A DNA stretch of 64,000 nucleotides. Origin: Candidatus Parvarchaeota archaeon. Lineage in GTDB: Archaea; Nanobdellota; Nanobdellia; Parvarchaeales; Parvarchaeaceae. Both the position numbers and the translations under genes were made by a program. Below the pieces are notes generated by a model that saw only the letters and a program-made list of their open reading frames with translations, had not been told where the DNA came from and searched no databases. Below are positions 40,364 to 49,844 of this stretch, in pieces (within the stretch, counting starts at the first letter, position 1; the number at the start of each line of letters is the position of its first letter). The stretch is from NCBI GenBank assembly GCA_025920305.1, contig JAPDMB010000001.1, forward strand, positions 538 through 64,537, written 5' to 3'.

Positions 40364-41449
40364 ATGGTAATGGATATTTTGGTGGAAAGTGCTTTACGAG
40401 CCGGTAAAGAGCAGATTTCGTCTGAAGATGCGCTCTTCAATCAAGCGCAGATAAAAGTTATTGGAATCGGCGGTGCAGGGAATAATATGGCCTCATGGCT
40501 TCATAAAAAAGGAGTAAAGGGAGCGGAGATAGTGATAGCTAACACTGATCAGGTGCAGTTGAACTCTAGGACAGCAGATAAGAAACTGCTCATCGGGAAG
40601 GAGACCACAAGAGGATTGGGCGCCGGCGGGTTCCCTGAGAAGGGGAAACAAGCTGCAGAGGAGTCCGCTCAGTCCATAAAGGACTCTTTGAGAGGCAGTG
40701 ACCTTGTATTTATATGCGCCGGACTTGGCGGCGGAACTGGCACTGGCGGTGCGCCAGTTGTAGCTAAGATCGCAAAGGAACTTGGTGCTATAGTTATAAG
40801 CACTGTGACCATGCCTTTCAAGACCGAGAGGAAGCGGGTGGAGAACGCTGAAATGGGGCTCCAGGAGCTCAGGAACGTATCTGATACCGTGATAGTGATA
40901 GACAATAACAGACTCGTCAACTTTGCCGGTAATCTGCCCATAGACCAGGCTTTCAACATAGCCAATGAAGTCGTGGCTACAATGATAAAAGGGATAGTTG
41001 AGACTATTGCTATACCTTCTCTCGTCAACCTGGATTTCGCCGATATAAAGGCGATAATGAACAAAGGCGGTGTTTCTGTGATAGGTATAGGAGAGACAGA
41101 CGCTTCTGATTCAAGGGTCGCAGAGGTGGTCAAGCGTGCGCTTAACAACCCACTTTTGGATGTAAGCTACAAAGGCGCTAAGGGCGCATTGATACATATA
41201 ACCGGCGGACCAGACATGACCTTGTCAGAGGTCAATGAGATCGGAGAGCTAGCCACCCAATCGCTGGATTCCGATGCGATTGTGATCTGGGGTGCTAGGG
41301 TGGATGAATCATTCTCAGGCAAGCTGAGGGTGATGACAATCGTGACTGGAGTAAGTTCGCCTTACCTATTGGGCCCGGAGGACACAGCGGTCATCTCTAA
41401 GACGAGCTCGGCTATAAGCAAAGAGCTTGGCATAGAGATACTAAAGTAA
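40364..41449 (+). CDS. ftsZ: Cell division protein FtsZ (FtsZ2-type)
   Basis: GIGGAGNN, GLGAGG, GGGTGTG, NLDFAD, IWGAR. Confidence 0.97.
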   Translation: MVMDILVESALRAGKEQISSEDALFNQAQIKVIGIGGAGNNMASWLHKKGVKGAEIVIANTDQVQLNSRTADKKLLIGKETTRGLGAGGFPEKGKQAAEESAQSIKDSLRGSDLVFICAGLGGGTGTGGAPVVAKIAKELGAIVISTVTMPFKTERKRVENAEMGLQELRNVSDTVIVIDNNRLVNFAGNLPIDQAFNIANEVVATMIKGIVETIAIPSLVNLDFADIKAIMNKGGVSVIGIGETDASDSRVAEVVKRALNNPLLDVSYKGAKGALIHITGGPDMTLSEVNEIGELATQSLDSDAIVIWGARVDESFSGKLRVMTIVTGVSSPYLLGPEDTAVISKTSSAISKELGIEILK

Positions 41450-41462
41450 AACTTGTTGGCAT

Positions 41463-41486
41463 GCAGCCCGTCTCTTTTCGGGCTGC
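41463..41486 (+). terminator. Hairpin after ftsZ2
   Basis: GCAGCCCG-TCTCTTTT-CGGGCTGC, 8-bp stem. Confidence 0.45.
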
Positions 41487-41512
41487 TTCGCGTTCTTCAT
41501 GAAATCCCCTAC

Positions 41513-41539
41513 TATGGTTGGGGTAATACCCCAACCATA
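41513..41539. repeat. Perfect palindrome, 13-bp arms
   Basis: TATGGTTGGGGTA-A-TACCCCAACCATA. Confidence 0.85.
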
Positions 41540-41544
41540 TTTAA

Positions 41545-41737
41545 CGAAGCTAGTGGCAAATCCCAAAATCTTCAGAAGGGGATGAAAGCAAACTAATAAA
41601 TAGGAGAAAAGATATAATAAAAATATAACAAAAATGAAGATGTAGATGAGGCAGATAAAGTACGTCCTCTGCAGGGTGCGGTGAATGCATGAACGCAGGG
41701 GAAGCCCATGCCATTTACGGTTAGGGGTGCCATATAC
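41545..41737 (+). mobile_element. Decayed non-autonomous IS200/IS605 derivative
   Basis: TTTAA then left-end-like ...ATCCC...GGGGATGAAAGC; right-end-like GAAGCCCATGCCATTTACGGTTAGGGG. Confidence 0.55.
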
Positions 41738-41766
41738 AGGGTTGTAAACGATAGGAGGGAATTACT

Positions 41767-42027
41767 ATGGAAAATTGGTATAAATTTTTTAAGGAGCAGT
41801 CTAATAGGACTATAAAGGTAGGCGAGTACGAAATAGTCTACAAAGGCAAGAACCTTGAGGAAAGTTGGAGTTCAGCGGAAAAACCACCGGTCTCAGTTCA
41901 TAAGGAGAGCATCAAAGTACTTAAGAACGGCGAAAAAGTAAAACTTAAGAAAGCGGATAAACTCAAGCTGATAGAGGCACTAAAGCGCGGTAACCTGGAT
42001 GAGGTTTCTGGTTTGCTTCCAAAATAA
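41767..42027 (+). CDS. Hypothetical basic protein
   Basis: 86-aa ORF with AGGAGG SD, lying between IS remnants. Confidence 0.6.
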   Translation: MENWYKFFKEQSNRTIKVGEYEIVYKGKNLEESWSSAEKPPVSVHKESIKVLKNGEKVKLKKADKLKLIEALKRGNLDEVSGLLPK

Positions 42028-42122
42028 ACTTAAGATTCCCTATCGCAAAATGCCTTGTGGCGCAGCTGCCAGCAGTTTGCTGACAATCTGCGACAAACAT
42101 GCATCGCAATACGAGCGGACAC

Positions 42123-42165
42123 CTCTCTCCCCTATCTTTCGAAAGGGGAATTCTCGGCGGGCTTG
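42123..42165 (-). mobile_element. IS200/IS605 left-end remnant
   Basis: Reverse complement TTTAA^CAAGCCCGCCGAGAATTCCCCTTTCGAAAGATAGGGGA, near-identical to 62447 onward. Confidence 0.65.
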
Positions 42166-42202
42166 TTAAAAGGATAAATATTAATAACTGTTTCTATCTT
42201 AA

Positions 42203-42808
42203 ATGGTGGAAGCATTGGATGATCTCTTAGATCAGATAAACAGCTTAGAGAATCAGATAAGGTCGGTTGAGATGGAGCTGCGTTTTAGCGATAGCCTATT
42301 CAATGAGGGTCAGACCAATATACCCCCTGAAGAGATATCGCGTATTATGCATCAAAAGAGTGCGGAGAATAAGGCGCCAGCTATCCAGCCAATCGTACAA
42401 AAGCCGGAATCAGCAATTCAGGCAAACCCAGAGATTCAAATGAATAAGCCAAAGGCAGAGATCGGGGCGGGAAAAGCGGAGATTAATGCATCGGTTAAGA
42501 CAGAACCCAGTAAAAGCACTGAAATAGGTAGCACCAGCAAAAGCACTGAAATAAAAGGTGTAGCGTCTGCCGGCGTCCAGCCCCCTCAGGCGCAGCAAGA
42601 AGTCGTACAGATTCCAAGCGTACAATATGGAGCAGCCGACATACCATCGATAGCTTTTGTTATAAAGAAATTATCCGAGTTGATAGACCTTAACTCAAAG
42701 ATATCCGAAGAGCTGCAGGAGATAATATCAACCTCCTCTAAAGCCGACGCGTCTAAGAGACTCTCCTCTCTGATAAATAAGCTTGCCTATGCGAGCATCT
42801 ATGGCTAA
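42203..42808 (+). CDS. Hypothetical protein (helical ends, low-complexity linker)
   Basis: Coiled N-terminus, Pro/Ala/Ser linker with SKSTEI x2, helical C-terminus. Confidence 0.6.
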   Translation: MVEALDDLLDQINSLENQIRSVEMELRFSDSLFNEGQTNIPPEEISRIMHQKSAENKAPAIQPIVQKPESAIQANPEIQMNKPKAEIGAGKAEINASVKTEPSKSTEIGSTSKSTEIKGVASAGVQPPQAQQEVVQIPSVQYGAADIPSIAFVIKKLSELIDLNSKISEELQEIISTSSKADASKRLSSLINKLAYASIYG

Positions 42809-44051
42809 GCTTGTATTCCTTATAGTGGACGGGATGGGCGATAGGCCGATAAAGCTGCTGTCCAATAAAACTCCCCTGGAATATGCAGATAAGCTAAATA
42901 TTAATTCTACCCTCACGCATGCAGCTTTAGCATTTCCATCAGTTTTGGGGAAGTTGGCTCCAGAGAGCGACTCTGGGGTGATGGCCGATCTAGGTTATGA
43001 CCCAAAGAGATACTCCACTGGGAGGGGGTGGTTTGAGTGCCTTGGCTTAGGTATGGCTCCTACCGAAGGAGACTTGAGTGTCAGGGTAAATATAGCCGAG
43101 GCTGCAGGCAGCAAGTTGAAGTCTGTGAGGACTTACCTCTCCAAGGAGGAGTTTGCAGAGATAGAGAAGGATATAAATGAGCGCGTGAAATTGCCTATAG
43201 AATTTGAATTCAAGGCCGGGGAGGGCTATAGGGGAGGCCTGATAGTACATGACGGCAAAGGTAGACTCTCTCAATTCGTTTCAAACAATGAGCCAGGATA
43301 TACAGTCAGGTTCTTTGGAGATAAGAAATTAAGTTTTGCTTCCAGTACGGCTAAGACAAAAATCCCCAGAATAAAGGCGCTGAAGCCGGGCGCTGCTTTC
43401 ACAGCGGATATACTGAACCGTTTCATATCCGAATCTAAAAAAGTGCTTCTAAAGAGCGATGTTTATAGAAAAAGGAAGGAAAGCGGCCAGCCTCTGCCGA
43501 ATTATGTGCTCTTGAGGGATGGAGCTGTACATGATCCTAAATTACCAGACATAAACGAGAGATATGGCAGGAGATGGGCGGCGGTCGTAGGCATGCCGCT
43601 AGAGAAGGGCATAGCGCTTGCATCTGGGATGTCCTTGATGGATATCCATGAATTAGACGATTTGAGCGAAGATCTGGAAAATAAAGCGGAGTACGTTTCA
43701 AAAGCTATGGATGCATACGATGCCGTTTATGTGCATGTAAAACAAACGGATGCATTGTCTCATTTGGGCAAGTATGCAGAAAAGTACGATGCAATAGAAA
43801 AGATAGACAAGATTCTAATCGGTAGGATTCTCCGGAGATTGAGTTTTTCAGATGGGGATACTTTGGTGGTAACCTGCGACCACCGGACGTCTTCTGATCT
43901 GAAGAGGCATACGAATGATAATATCCCGGTCTTGATAGCGAATAAAAAATTTGGCTCGGTCAAAGAGTTTGGCGAGACTGAATGCAGTAAGCATCATATC
44001 AAGAGCATAAAGAAAGCGACTGATATTATGCCTTTTGTGGTAAGACTATGA
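42801..44051 (+). CDS. apgM: 2,3-BPG-independent phosphoglycerate mutase
   Basis: DGMGDRP, KTPLE, PESD, HVKQTD..SH, TCDH.T. Confidence 0.92.
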   Translation: MAKLVFLIVDGMGDRPIKLLSNKTPLEYADKLNINSTLTHAALAFPSVLGKLAPESDSGVMADLGYDPKRYSTGRGWFECLGLGMAPTEGDLSVRVNIAEAAGSKLKSVRTYLSKEEFAEIEKDINERVKLPIEFEFKAGEGYRGGLIVHDGKGRLSQFVSNNEPGYTVRFFGDKKLSFASSTAKTKIPRIKALKPGAAFTADILNRFISESKKVLLKSDVYRKRKESGQPLPNYVLLRDGAVHDPKLPDINERYGRRWAAVVGMPLEKGIALASGMSLMDIHELDDLSEDLENKAEYVSKAMDAYDAVYVHVKQTDALSHLGKYAEKYDAIEKIDKILIGRILRRLSFSDGDTLVVTCDHRTSSDLKRHTNDNIPVLIANKKFGSVKEFGETECSKHHIKSIKKATDIMPFVVRL

Positions 44052-45751
44052 GCAATAAGCAGCTGGCAGACATTTTCTACACCATCGCGGACATCTTAGA
44101 GATAGAAGGTGTCAATTGGAAGCCAGTAGCATACAGAAAAGCTGCGCTTAGCATCTCCACGTTGTCTGGCGACATCTCAGATTACTATAAGAATGGCAAA
44201 CTAGAACGGATAGAGGGGGTAGGAGAAGGGATAGGGAAGAAGATAATAGAGTACATCAAGACCGGAAAGGTAGAAAAATATGAAGAGCTGAAGAAAAAGT
44301 ATCCCATTGATTTTGATTCCCTTAGGCAGGTTAGAGGTCTAGGACCTAAGAAGATATTCTCCCTCTACAAATCATTAGGCATAAAAAATATTGATGACCT
44401 GAGGGAGGCGGTGTCTAAGCATAAACTCAGAGAACTGGAAGGGTTCGGGGAGAAAACCGAAGCCAATCTGTCTAACACCCTTGCGTCAGTTGTAGAGAGC
44501 ACAGAGAAGAGGGTCCCGCTCGGTTTCATGCTGGAAAGCGCGGAGAACTTGGTCTCAGAGCTTAGGAGAAGCGGTCTATTCAATAAGGTTGAGATAGCCG
44601 GATCCACCAGGAGGATGAAGGAGACGATAGGCGACTTGGATATACTTGCTACGTCGAATAAGCCAGAGGAAGCGATGCGATTCTTCACTAAAATGAAGGA
44701 GGTCTCAGACGTCCTTGTCAGTGGCCCGACAAAGACTTCCGTAGAGCTAAAGTTCGGTCTTAACTGCGATCTTAGAGTCGTGGAAGACGAATCATTTGGC
44801 TCAGCTATGCAGTACTTCACTGGCAATAAAGAACATAACATAAAGCTGAGAAGGATAGCTTTGTCAAAGGGGTTGAAGCTGAACGAGTACGGCATATTTA
44901 GAGGAGACAAGAAAGTAGCAGGCGAATCCGAAGAGGGGGTATATTCTTATCTTGGCCTAGACTACATGCCTCCAGAGCTTAGAGAGGACACAGGCGAAAT
45001 AGAAGCTGCTCAGGTCCATCAGCTGCCAAAACTAGTCCAATATGAGGAAATCTTAGGGGATCTACATACCCATACAAACGACAGCGATGGCGCGGATTCG
45101 CTGGGCGAATTGGTATCAGAGGCAAAAAAGATCGGACTTAAGTATATCGCCGTAACAAATCATAGCTACAGTTTAAGAGTGTCTAAGGGACTGGATGACA
45201 AGAGGTTTGAAGCATTGAACAGGAGGATAGAAGCGCTGAATGGCAAAGAAAACTTCAGCGTGCTAAAGGGGGTAGAGCTGGAGATACTTAAGGATGGTTC
45301 ATTGGATCTAAGCAGCAAGACTCTTTTGGGGATGGACTTTGTGATAGGCGCACTGCACCAGAATATCAGCAACGATCGCAAGACCAACACAGACCGGCTT
45401 ATCAAAGCCATAGAAAGCGGGAAGTTATCCGCGATAGCGCATCCGACCGATAGAATTATAGGTGAGAGGCCTCCTATCAATCTGGATCTAGATAAGGTAT
45501 TCGAAGCCTGCGAAAAAAACGATGTTATGCTGGAGATAAACGGCTATCCAACACGCTCTGATTTACCTTTTGATCTGGTGAAGAGGGCTTCGAAGTACCG
45601 CGTTAAATTCAGCCTTGGAAGCGATTCCCACCGGTTGGCTCATCTAAGATTCTTGAGGCTGGCAACTGCCATAGCAAGGAGGGGGTGGCTCACTAAGAAA
45701 GACGTCATCAACACCCTCACCTATGAGCAGATTATAAAACTTAAGCGTTAA
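44048..45751 (+). CDS. polX: DNA polymerase X with PHP domain
   Basis: AYRKAA, GSTRR.KETIGDLD, YFTG.K.HN, DLHTHT..SDG, GSDSH. Confidence 0.96.
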   Translation: MSNKQLADIFYTIADILEIEGVNWKPVAYRKAALSISTLSGDISDYYKNGKLERIEGVGEGIGKKIIEYIKTGKVEKYEELKKKYPIDFDSLRQVRGLGPKKIFSLYKSLGIKNIDDLREAVSKHKLRELEGFGEKTEANLSNTLASVVESTEKRVPLGFMLESAENLVSELRRSGLFNKVEIAGSTRRMKETIGDLDILATSNKPEEAMRFFTKMKEVSDVLVSGPTKTSVELKFGLNCDLRVVEDESFGSAMQYFTGNKEHNIKLRRIALSKGLKLNEYGIFRGDKKVAGESEEGVYSYLGLDYMPPELREDTGEIEAAQVHQLPKLVQYEEILGDLHTHTNDSDGADSLGELVSEAKKIGLKYIAVTNHSYSLRVSKGLDDKRFEALNRRIEALNGKENFSVLKGVELEILKDGSLDLSSKTLLGMDFVIGALHQNISNDRKTNTDRLIKAIESGKLSAIAHPTDRIIGERPPINLDLDKVFEACEKNDVMLEINGYPTRSDLPFDLVKRASKYRVKFSLGSDSHRLAHLRFLRLATAIARRGWLTKKDVINTLTYEQIIKLKR

Positions 45752-45780
45752 ATATTAAAATGTATTTCATAATAGATGTC

Positions 45781-46485
45781 ATGGAACCTACATCTTTCAG
45801 GGTCAGCAGTGGAATAACAGGCTTCGATCAGCTTGTAAATGGCGGTTTGGTGTCAAATACCGTCTCAGCGCTTTTCGGCTCCCCTGGCGCAGGGAAAAGT
45901 ATATTCGCCCTTAGCTTTCTAAGGGCTGGATTGAAGGAAAATGAGAAGGTGTTCTACATCAGTTTAGAGCAGGACTTGGATGCAATACTTAGGGAAGCGG
46001 ATTCTCTTGGTTTTACTGAGTTTAGGGAGAACATGAACACAAACTTCGTTTTCGTTAGGATGACCGGCCACGATTTCAAGGAGTTCTTACTTGTGGATCT
46101 GCCAAAGATATTAGAAAGCAGGACTGGAAAACATTCAAGGATAGTCGTGGATCCGTTGACACCGCTGTTCTGGGAAATCCATGATATAGCGATGCAGAGG
46201 AATCTTTTGAGTAATGCCTTCGATATGCTTCGCTCATTTGGCACGTCTATCGTCACGGTAGAAAAATATGGTAATCTAAACGTGCTGGACTTATCAGAGG
46301 AGCTGGCCATACCGCTATATTTGTCGGACTGTGTGATATTGCTCACGATGATATTCAATCAAAACTTCTATCAAAAGGCCATATCCATCCTCAAGTTCAG
46401 ATATTCCTCCCACAGTTCAGGCTTGCACCCCTTCGATATAGAGCAGGGTGGGATAAAGATATTCCAGGACCAGCCTGTCTTCTGA
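45781..46485 (+). CDS. KaiC/RAD55-like ATPase
   Basis: SGITGFD, GSPGAGKS, YISLE, IVVDP, KFR...H. Confidence 0.88.
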   Translation: MEPTSFRVSSGITGFDQLVNGGLVSNTVSALFGSPGAGKSIFALSFLRAGLKENEKVFYISLEQDLDAILREADSLGFTEFRENMNTNFVFVRMTGHDFKEFLLVDLPKILESRTGKHSRIVVDPLTPLFWEIHDIAMQRNLLSNAFDMLRSFGTSIVTVEKYGNLNVLDLSEELAIPLYLSDCVILLTMIFNQNFYQKAISILKFRYSSHSSGLHPFDIEQGGIKIFQDQPVF

Positions 46486-46490
46486 GAGGC

Positions 46491-48398
46491 GTGGATATGA
46501 AAGTAAAGTTCAGAGATAAGATTTACGAATCGAATGAGAGAAGCTCTTTCTTGAAGCTCGCGGAATCAGTCGGCATAGATATAAAAGAGGTAATAACTGT
46601 AAAAGCGGGTGGTAAACTATTCGATTTATCCTCAAGTGTCCCGGATGTAAACGAAGTCGAGTTCCTAGATTTCAATAGCCCAGAGGGGAAGATGGTATTT
46701 TGGCATTCATCTGCGCATATCTTGGCTGACGCGGTAAAGCGTCTGTATCCCGAGGCTTTATTGGGTATAGGTCCTCCAATCGACGGAGGTTTTTACTATG
46801 ATTTTTATAATCTAAACATAGGAGACAATGACCTTAAAAGGATAGAGGAGGAGATGAAGGCGATCTCGAAGGAGAATAATAAGTTCGAGAGGATACCATT
46901 GACAAGGGAAGAGGCCGAGAAGAGACTAAGTGGAGAGAGGTTCAAACTTGAGATATTGAATGACCTGACAGGTGAAATAACACTTTATAGAGATGGAAAA
47001 TTCGAGGATCTATGCAGGGGGCCTCATATTCTATCAACAGGGGCGGTTAAGGCGGTAAAGCTCCTTAAGGTATCAGGCGCCTATTGGAAGGGGGATAATA
47101 AGCGCGAGTCCATGACTAGAATATACGGCATAACTTTTCCTTCAAAAGAGGAGTTGGATGAATATCTCAAATTCTTAGAGGAGCGAAAGGCACATGACCA
47201 CAAGAAGATAGGCAGAGAATTAGAATTGTTCGAATTTTTAGATGTATCGCCAGGTTCTCCTTTCATGCTGCCAAAAGGGACGATAATCTACAATGAACTT
47301 GTCAAACTTGCAAGAGAATACGACACTAAATATGGCTATCAGGAGGTAATAACTCCCTTCATCGCGAAGGTCGATCTTTGGAAGATAAGCGGGCATTTTG
47401 ATAAATATAGAGAGAATATGTTTGAGGTCAAACCATTTGAATCCGATGAAGAATACGCTTTGAAGCCGATGAGCTGCCCATTTCATGTACTAATATTTAA
47501 ATCGAAGACACGTAGTTACAAGGAACTTCCTCTTCGGATATCTGAGCACGGCATAGTGCATAGGTACGAACTGGAGGGGGCGCTGGATGGTCTTTTAAGA
47601 ACAAGGGTGCTGCAGCAGAATGACGCGCATGTCTTCGTCAGCGAGGATCAGATAGAGGATGAGATACTGTTCGAACTGAAAGAACTCAAAGAGATATATG
47701 AGATATTTGATCTATCTCCAGTATTTATCGCTGCTACAAGGCCTGATAAAAGGATAGGGGAGGATGAGCTTTGGGATAAAGCGGAGAATGCAATCTTCAG
47801 AGCGCTTGAAAAGGCCGGCTATAAGTACACCATTAAGGAAAAAGACGGGTCATTTTATGGACCGAAGATAGATATATATGTCCTTGACTTTACAGGCAAG
47901 CCGGAAGCGGCTTATGCTGTGTCGACGATACAGGTAGACTTCAATTTAGCCAGAAGGTTTGATGCAAAGTACACCGGGAAGGACGACAAAGAGCACATAC
48001 CTGTCGTGATACACCGCTCAATACTAGGCTCCTTTGGCAGGTTTATGGGGGTAATACTTTCGAATTCTAAAGGCGAGCTTCCGTTATGGCTGTCTCCAGT
48101 GCAGGTAAAAGTGCTGCCTATAAGTGACAGCAATAAGCCGTATGCCGAGGAGGTTGCGGAAAGACTAATGAAGGATAAAATAAGGGTTGAATTGGATGAA
48201 TCAAATTCGACATTGGACAGAAAAATACGCACTTCTCAGTTGGAGAAAGTTCCATACACGGTTGTGGTAGGCGAGAAAGAGGAAAAGAGTAAAACTATAG
48301 CAGTTAGGGATAGGTCAGGCAAAACCAGTTATAATGTAGATTTAAGTAAGTTTATATCGGATTTGACGGAGAAAATCAGGCTAAGGTCTAAAGCTTAA
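46491..48398 (+). CDS. thrS: Threonine--tRNA ligase (bacterial-type architecture)
   Basis: HSSAH, GFYYDF, DLCRGPH, GAYW, KPMSCP.H, FYGPKID, IHRSILGS. Confidence 0.97.
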   Translation: MDMKVKFRDKIYESNERSSFLKLAESVGIDIKEVITVKAGGKLFDLSSSVPDVNEVEFLDFNSPEGKMVFWHSSAHILADAVKRLYPEALLGIGPPIDGGFYYDFYNLNIGDNDLKRIEEEMKAISKENNKFERIPLTREEAEKRLSGERFKLEILNDLTGEITLYRDGKFEDLCRGPHILSTGAVKAVKLLKVSGAYWKGDNKRESMTRIYGITFPSKEELDEYLKFLEERKAHDHKKIGRELELFEFLDVSPGSPFMLPKGTIIYNELVKLAREYDTKYGYQEVITPFIAKVDLWKISGHFDKYRENMFEVKPFESDEEYALKPMSCPFHVLIFKSKTRSYKELPLRISEHGIVHRYELEGALDGLLRTRVLQQNDAHVFVSEDQIEDEILFELKELKEIYEIFDLSPVFIAATRPDKRIGEDELWDKAENAIFRALEKAGYKYTIKEKDGSFYGPKIDIYVLDFTGKPEAAYAVSTIQVDFNLARRFDAKYTGKDDKEHIPVVIHRSILGSFGRFMGVILSNSKGELPLWLSPVQVKVLPISDSNKPYAEEVAERLMKDKIRVELDESNSTLDRKIRTSQLEKVPYTVVVGEKEEKSKTIAVRDRSGKTSYNVDLSKFISDLTEKIRLRSKA

Positions 48399-48939
48399 TC
48401 TCCTCATCTACGAAGCTTCTGACTTTGTCTATAAATGCAGAATCTAAACCGTCGTCGCTCATCACAACAAACACCGTCTTCTGCTTCTTTTCATGCGTCA
48501 AAGAAGAGATGTAGTGTATAAATCTGAGCATCTCGTTCTGCGAGTTGTAGATCGAAAAAGAGGTTATAGAATCTATAAATATGAATAAATTTTTCTCCAA
48601 ATTTATCATATTCTCCAGGTTTATACTCAGCCTCGTTAGATCAGCAGGCGAATCTAGCACTATTATATTTTCGCTAGGCTTTGGTATCTTCCTATAAAGC
48701 GAGCTTGTTATAGTGTCTATAATCTTGTATTTTTTTATACCAGTGGATGATAATTGGCTTTCAATCGTATCCCCAGGGACGCTTCCCGTGACATAGATCG
48801 GCATGAAGCCCATGCTGTTGATATTATTGAAGATATAATTAAAGTTGTCGTTTAATTTATCCCTTTCGTTAAGGAGTAGAAGGCTTACATTCGAATTTAT
48901 CAGCCTTTTGATGCTGTTAGTTATATCATCTCCATTCAT
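48388..48939 (-). CDS. Inactive KaiC/RecA-fold single-domain protein
   Basis: IYVT...IIDT...SPADLT.LSI...FIDSIT...YN...RFIH; no Walker A. Confidence 0.7.
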   Translation of the reverse strand: MNGDDITNSIKRLINSNVSLLLLNERDKLNDNFNYIFNNINSMGFMPIYVTGSVPGDTIESQLSSTGIKKYKIIDTITSSLYRKIPKPSENIIVLDSPADLTRLSINLENMINLEKNLFIFIDSITSFSIYNSQNEMLRFIHYISSLTHEKKQKTVFVVMSDDGLDSAFIDKVRSFVDEEIKL

Positions 48940-48988
48940 ATAGTTGATTAGGGGTTACCTCAATTAATACTTTGTATCTATTATACTA

Positions 48989-49071
48989 CGCTGGGAATGG
49001 GATTCGAACCCATGCATCCTTTCGGAAACAGGCTCTCCAAACCTGCGCCGTAACCGCTTGGCTATCCCAGC
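48989..49071 (-). tRNA. tRNA-Ser(GGA)
   Basis: GCTGGGA/TCCCAGC acceptor, CAGGT-TT GGA GA-GCCTG, long variable arm, TTCGAAT. Confidence 0.95.
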
Positions 49072-49100
49072 TAAAGTATGATATTATAATTAATTTTGTC

Positions 49101-49790
49101 TCAATTATTTAAATAATCTCTTAGATCTTCAACGTTCACTATCGGCTTTTCCAGCTTATCCATATCGTCGATGGCAATCCTTTGGCATGCTGTATTTATG
49201 AAGACATCCACATCTCTAAACTCGTTCAGCCTTTGAAAGTTTATCTCATCGAACACAATCGTATATACCTCTACGCCTCTCTCTGCAAGTTTTTCTTTTA
49301 TATCCTTTGCACCAGCCGTCTGCCCTGACTTTATCGACTCTACGAACATGACCTTCTTAGCATTCAAGGCGATGCCTATGGCCTGCATCATCCTTTTTTT
49401 GTAATTTTGTACGAGCTTCTCGTCCATCTCCTCTATATTCTCATTTTCTACGTCAACATTTATCACCTTCTTTTCAGTCTTCATAAGGACACCCATTATA
49501 TGGAACATACCCTGCGTAAAAGCCAGGATCACATCGCAGTCATCGCATTCTGCGGCATATTGATCGCATCCAAGTATCTGCCCCGGATACGCGGCTCTGT
49601 ATTTGGAAGAAAGCAGGACGAACTCTTTGTCTTTTATCTTATCTTTCACATAAGCCATCTGATCTAAATATTGTATCACTCCAATCAAGTTAACCTTTTT
49701 GTATGGTTTTAGCTTCTCCTTTATTCTCTCCAAAAGCGCATCGCTTATCTTCCCCTTATACCTCGATTCTACAAACATAGTTTCCATCAT
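49101..49790 (-). CDS. dph2: Diphthamide synthesis Dph2, domains 2-3 (split gene)
   Basis: GQILGC, GMFH, KSGQ, NTACQRIAIDD; lacks the N-terminal QLP/GACD domain. Confidence 0.88.
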   Translation of the reverse strand: MMETMFVESRYKGKISDALLERIKEKLKPYKKVNLIGVIQYLDQMAYVKDKIKDKEFVLLSSKYRAAYPGQILGCDQYAAECDDCDVILAFTQGMFHIMGVLMKTEKKVINVDVENENIEEMDEKLVQNYKKRMMQAIGIALNAKKVMFVESIKSGQTAGAKDIKEKLAERGVEVYTIVFDEINFQRLNEFRDVDVFINTACQRIAIDDMDKLEKPIVNVEDLRDYLNN

Positions 49791-49844
49791 GTGTTTAATG
49801 TATTAGCAAATATTTATAAATAGAGATACATTTAGAATCAGCAT

